43,330 nt of DNA from the NCBI GenBank assembly GCA_964416345.1, contig CAYQDX010000002.1:1-43330 (forward strand), given 5' to 3'. Position 1 is the stretch's first letter. Each line of letters starts with the position of its first letter. Positions 42,995 through 43,330 of the stretch are shown in pieces. The translations under genes were made by a program, and so were the position numbers. The notes below the pieces were generated by a model, which searched no databases, was not told the DNA's origin, and worked only from the letters and a program-made list of their open reading frames with translations. Source of the DNA: an uncultured Ectothiorhodospiraceae bacterium (GTDB lineage Bacteria > Pseudomonadota > Gammaproteobacteria > CAYQDX01).

Positions 42995-43330
42995 ATGGAT
43001 GCCGCGCAGTTTGATCCTGTGCGCGCGCACATAGCGTCGCGCATTATCGGCCAGGAGAAGCTGGTCAACAGCATGCTCATCTGTCTGCTGAGCAATGGGC
43101 ACATGCTGGTGGAAGGCATGCCCGGCCTGGCCAAGACCACCGCGGTCAAGGCGTTGGCGGAAGCCATCGAGGGAGATTTTCACCGGGTGCAGTTTACGCC
43201 GGACCTGCTGCCTTCGGACCTGATCGGCACTGACATCTACATCCAGGACCGCGCCAGCTTCGAGTTTCGCGCTGGCCCCCTATTTCATAATGTTCTGTTG
43301 GCCGACGAGGTGAACCGGGCGCCAGCCAAG
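42995..43330 (+). CDS. MoxR-family AAA+ ATPase (3' end outside window)
   Basis: The ATG at 42995 has a GGAAGAG SD. My translation is MDAAQFDPVRAHIASRIIGQEKLVNSMLICLLSNGHMLVEGMPGLAKTTAVKALAEAIEGDFHRVQFTPDLLPSDLIGT...LLADEVNRAPAK. It contains Walker A GxPGxAKT, the FTPDLLPSD motif and Walker B LLADEVNRA, all typical of MoxR (AAA_3). Confidence 0.9.
   Translation, partial: MDAAQFDPVRAHIASRIIGQEKLVNSMLICLLSNGHMLVEGMPGLAKTTAVKALAEAIEGDFHRVQFTPDLLPSDLIGTDIYIQDRASFEFRAGPLFHNVLLADEVNRAPAK

Noticed and set aside
1-43330. Search by eye for tRNA/rRNA genes, CRISPR arrays, transposases, integrases and phage structural clusters
   Set aside because: I found no T-loop-like GGTTCGA(A/T)TCC in a non-coding context and no short regularly spaced direct repeats. 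I found no DDE/HUH transposase or tyrosine-recombinase motifs in any listed ORF. The only phage-like signal is the collar domain of the two MdpB-like genes.

Overview
This is a high-GC proteobacterial chromosomal window. Gene content and order look gammaproteobacterial, but I cannot assign a species. I found no rRNA, tRNA, CRISPR array, transposase or integrase.

Right part (27.8-43.3 kb): a conserved housekeeping block. It runs DUF2062 <-> comEC, exbB-exbD, msbA-lpxK-(Trm112/YcaR-like)-kdsB, a small orphan gene, LMW protein-tyrosine phosphatase, rne <-> rluC-HAD-sppA, then a 3'-truncated moxR-type ATPase. As I recall, this is the same order as the Pseudomonas comEC...sppA block, but with msbA present and murB absent.

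Left part (0-27.8 kb): accessory-looking.
- Two tandem phage-tail-collar (MdpB-like) genes sit downstream of a ~1900-aa adhesin-like gene. That gene has 393-bp and 333-bp tandem repeats, a C-terminal beta-helix and an internal IPTL-CTERM-like anchor.
- An Anbu-type proteasome-like operon (peptidase, fused ATP-grasp/alpha-E, transglutaminase) is met head-on by a second, split ATP-grasp + alpha-E pair.
- A TPR/FG-GAP/ASPIC lipoprotein carries an unassigned C-terminal module. A separate, translationally coupled CRTAC1-like + TPR pair lies further on.
- The rest comprises DUF465, a His/Tyr/Arg-rich secreted mini-protein, a small secreted protein, a TatD N-terminal remnant, a HAD-IIA hydrolase and a PilZ-DUF1631-GGDEF-EAL protein.

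Non-coding signals:
- A ~50-bp palindromic element is present twice (9595-9644 degenerate; 42774-42827 perfect 24-bp arms). Both copies overlap stop codons.
- A 108-nt element closed by a 17-bp stem lies in the 434-bp spacer upstream of DUF465.
- Three back-to-back perfect palindromes lie in the rne/rluC divergent region.
- Several GC-rich hairpins sit at gene ends.

Limits: all start codons were chosen by eye. The ORF track renders GTG/TTG starts as M, and many of its ORFs carry spurious N-terminal extensions. Family assignments come from remembered motifs, not from searches.
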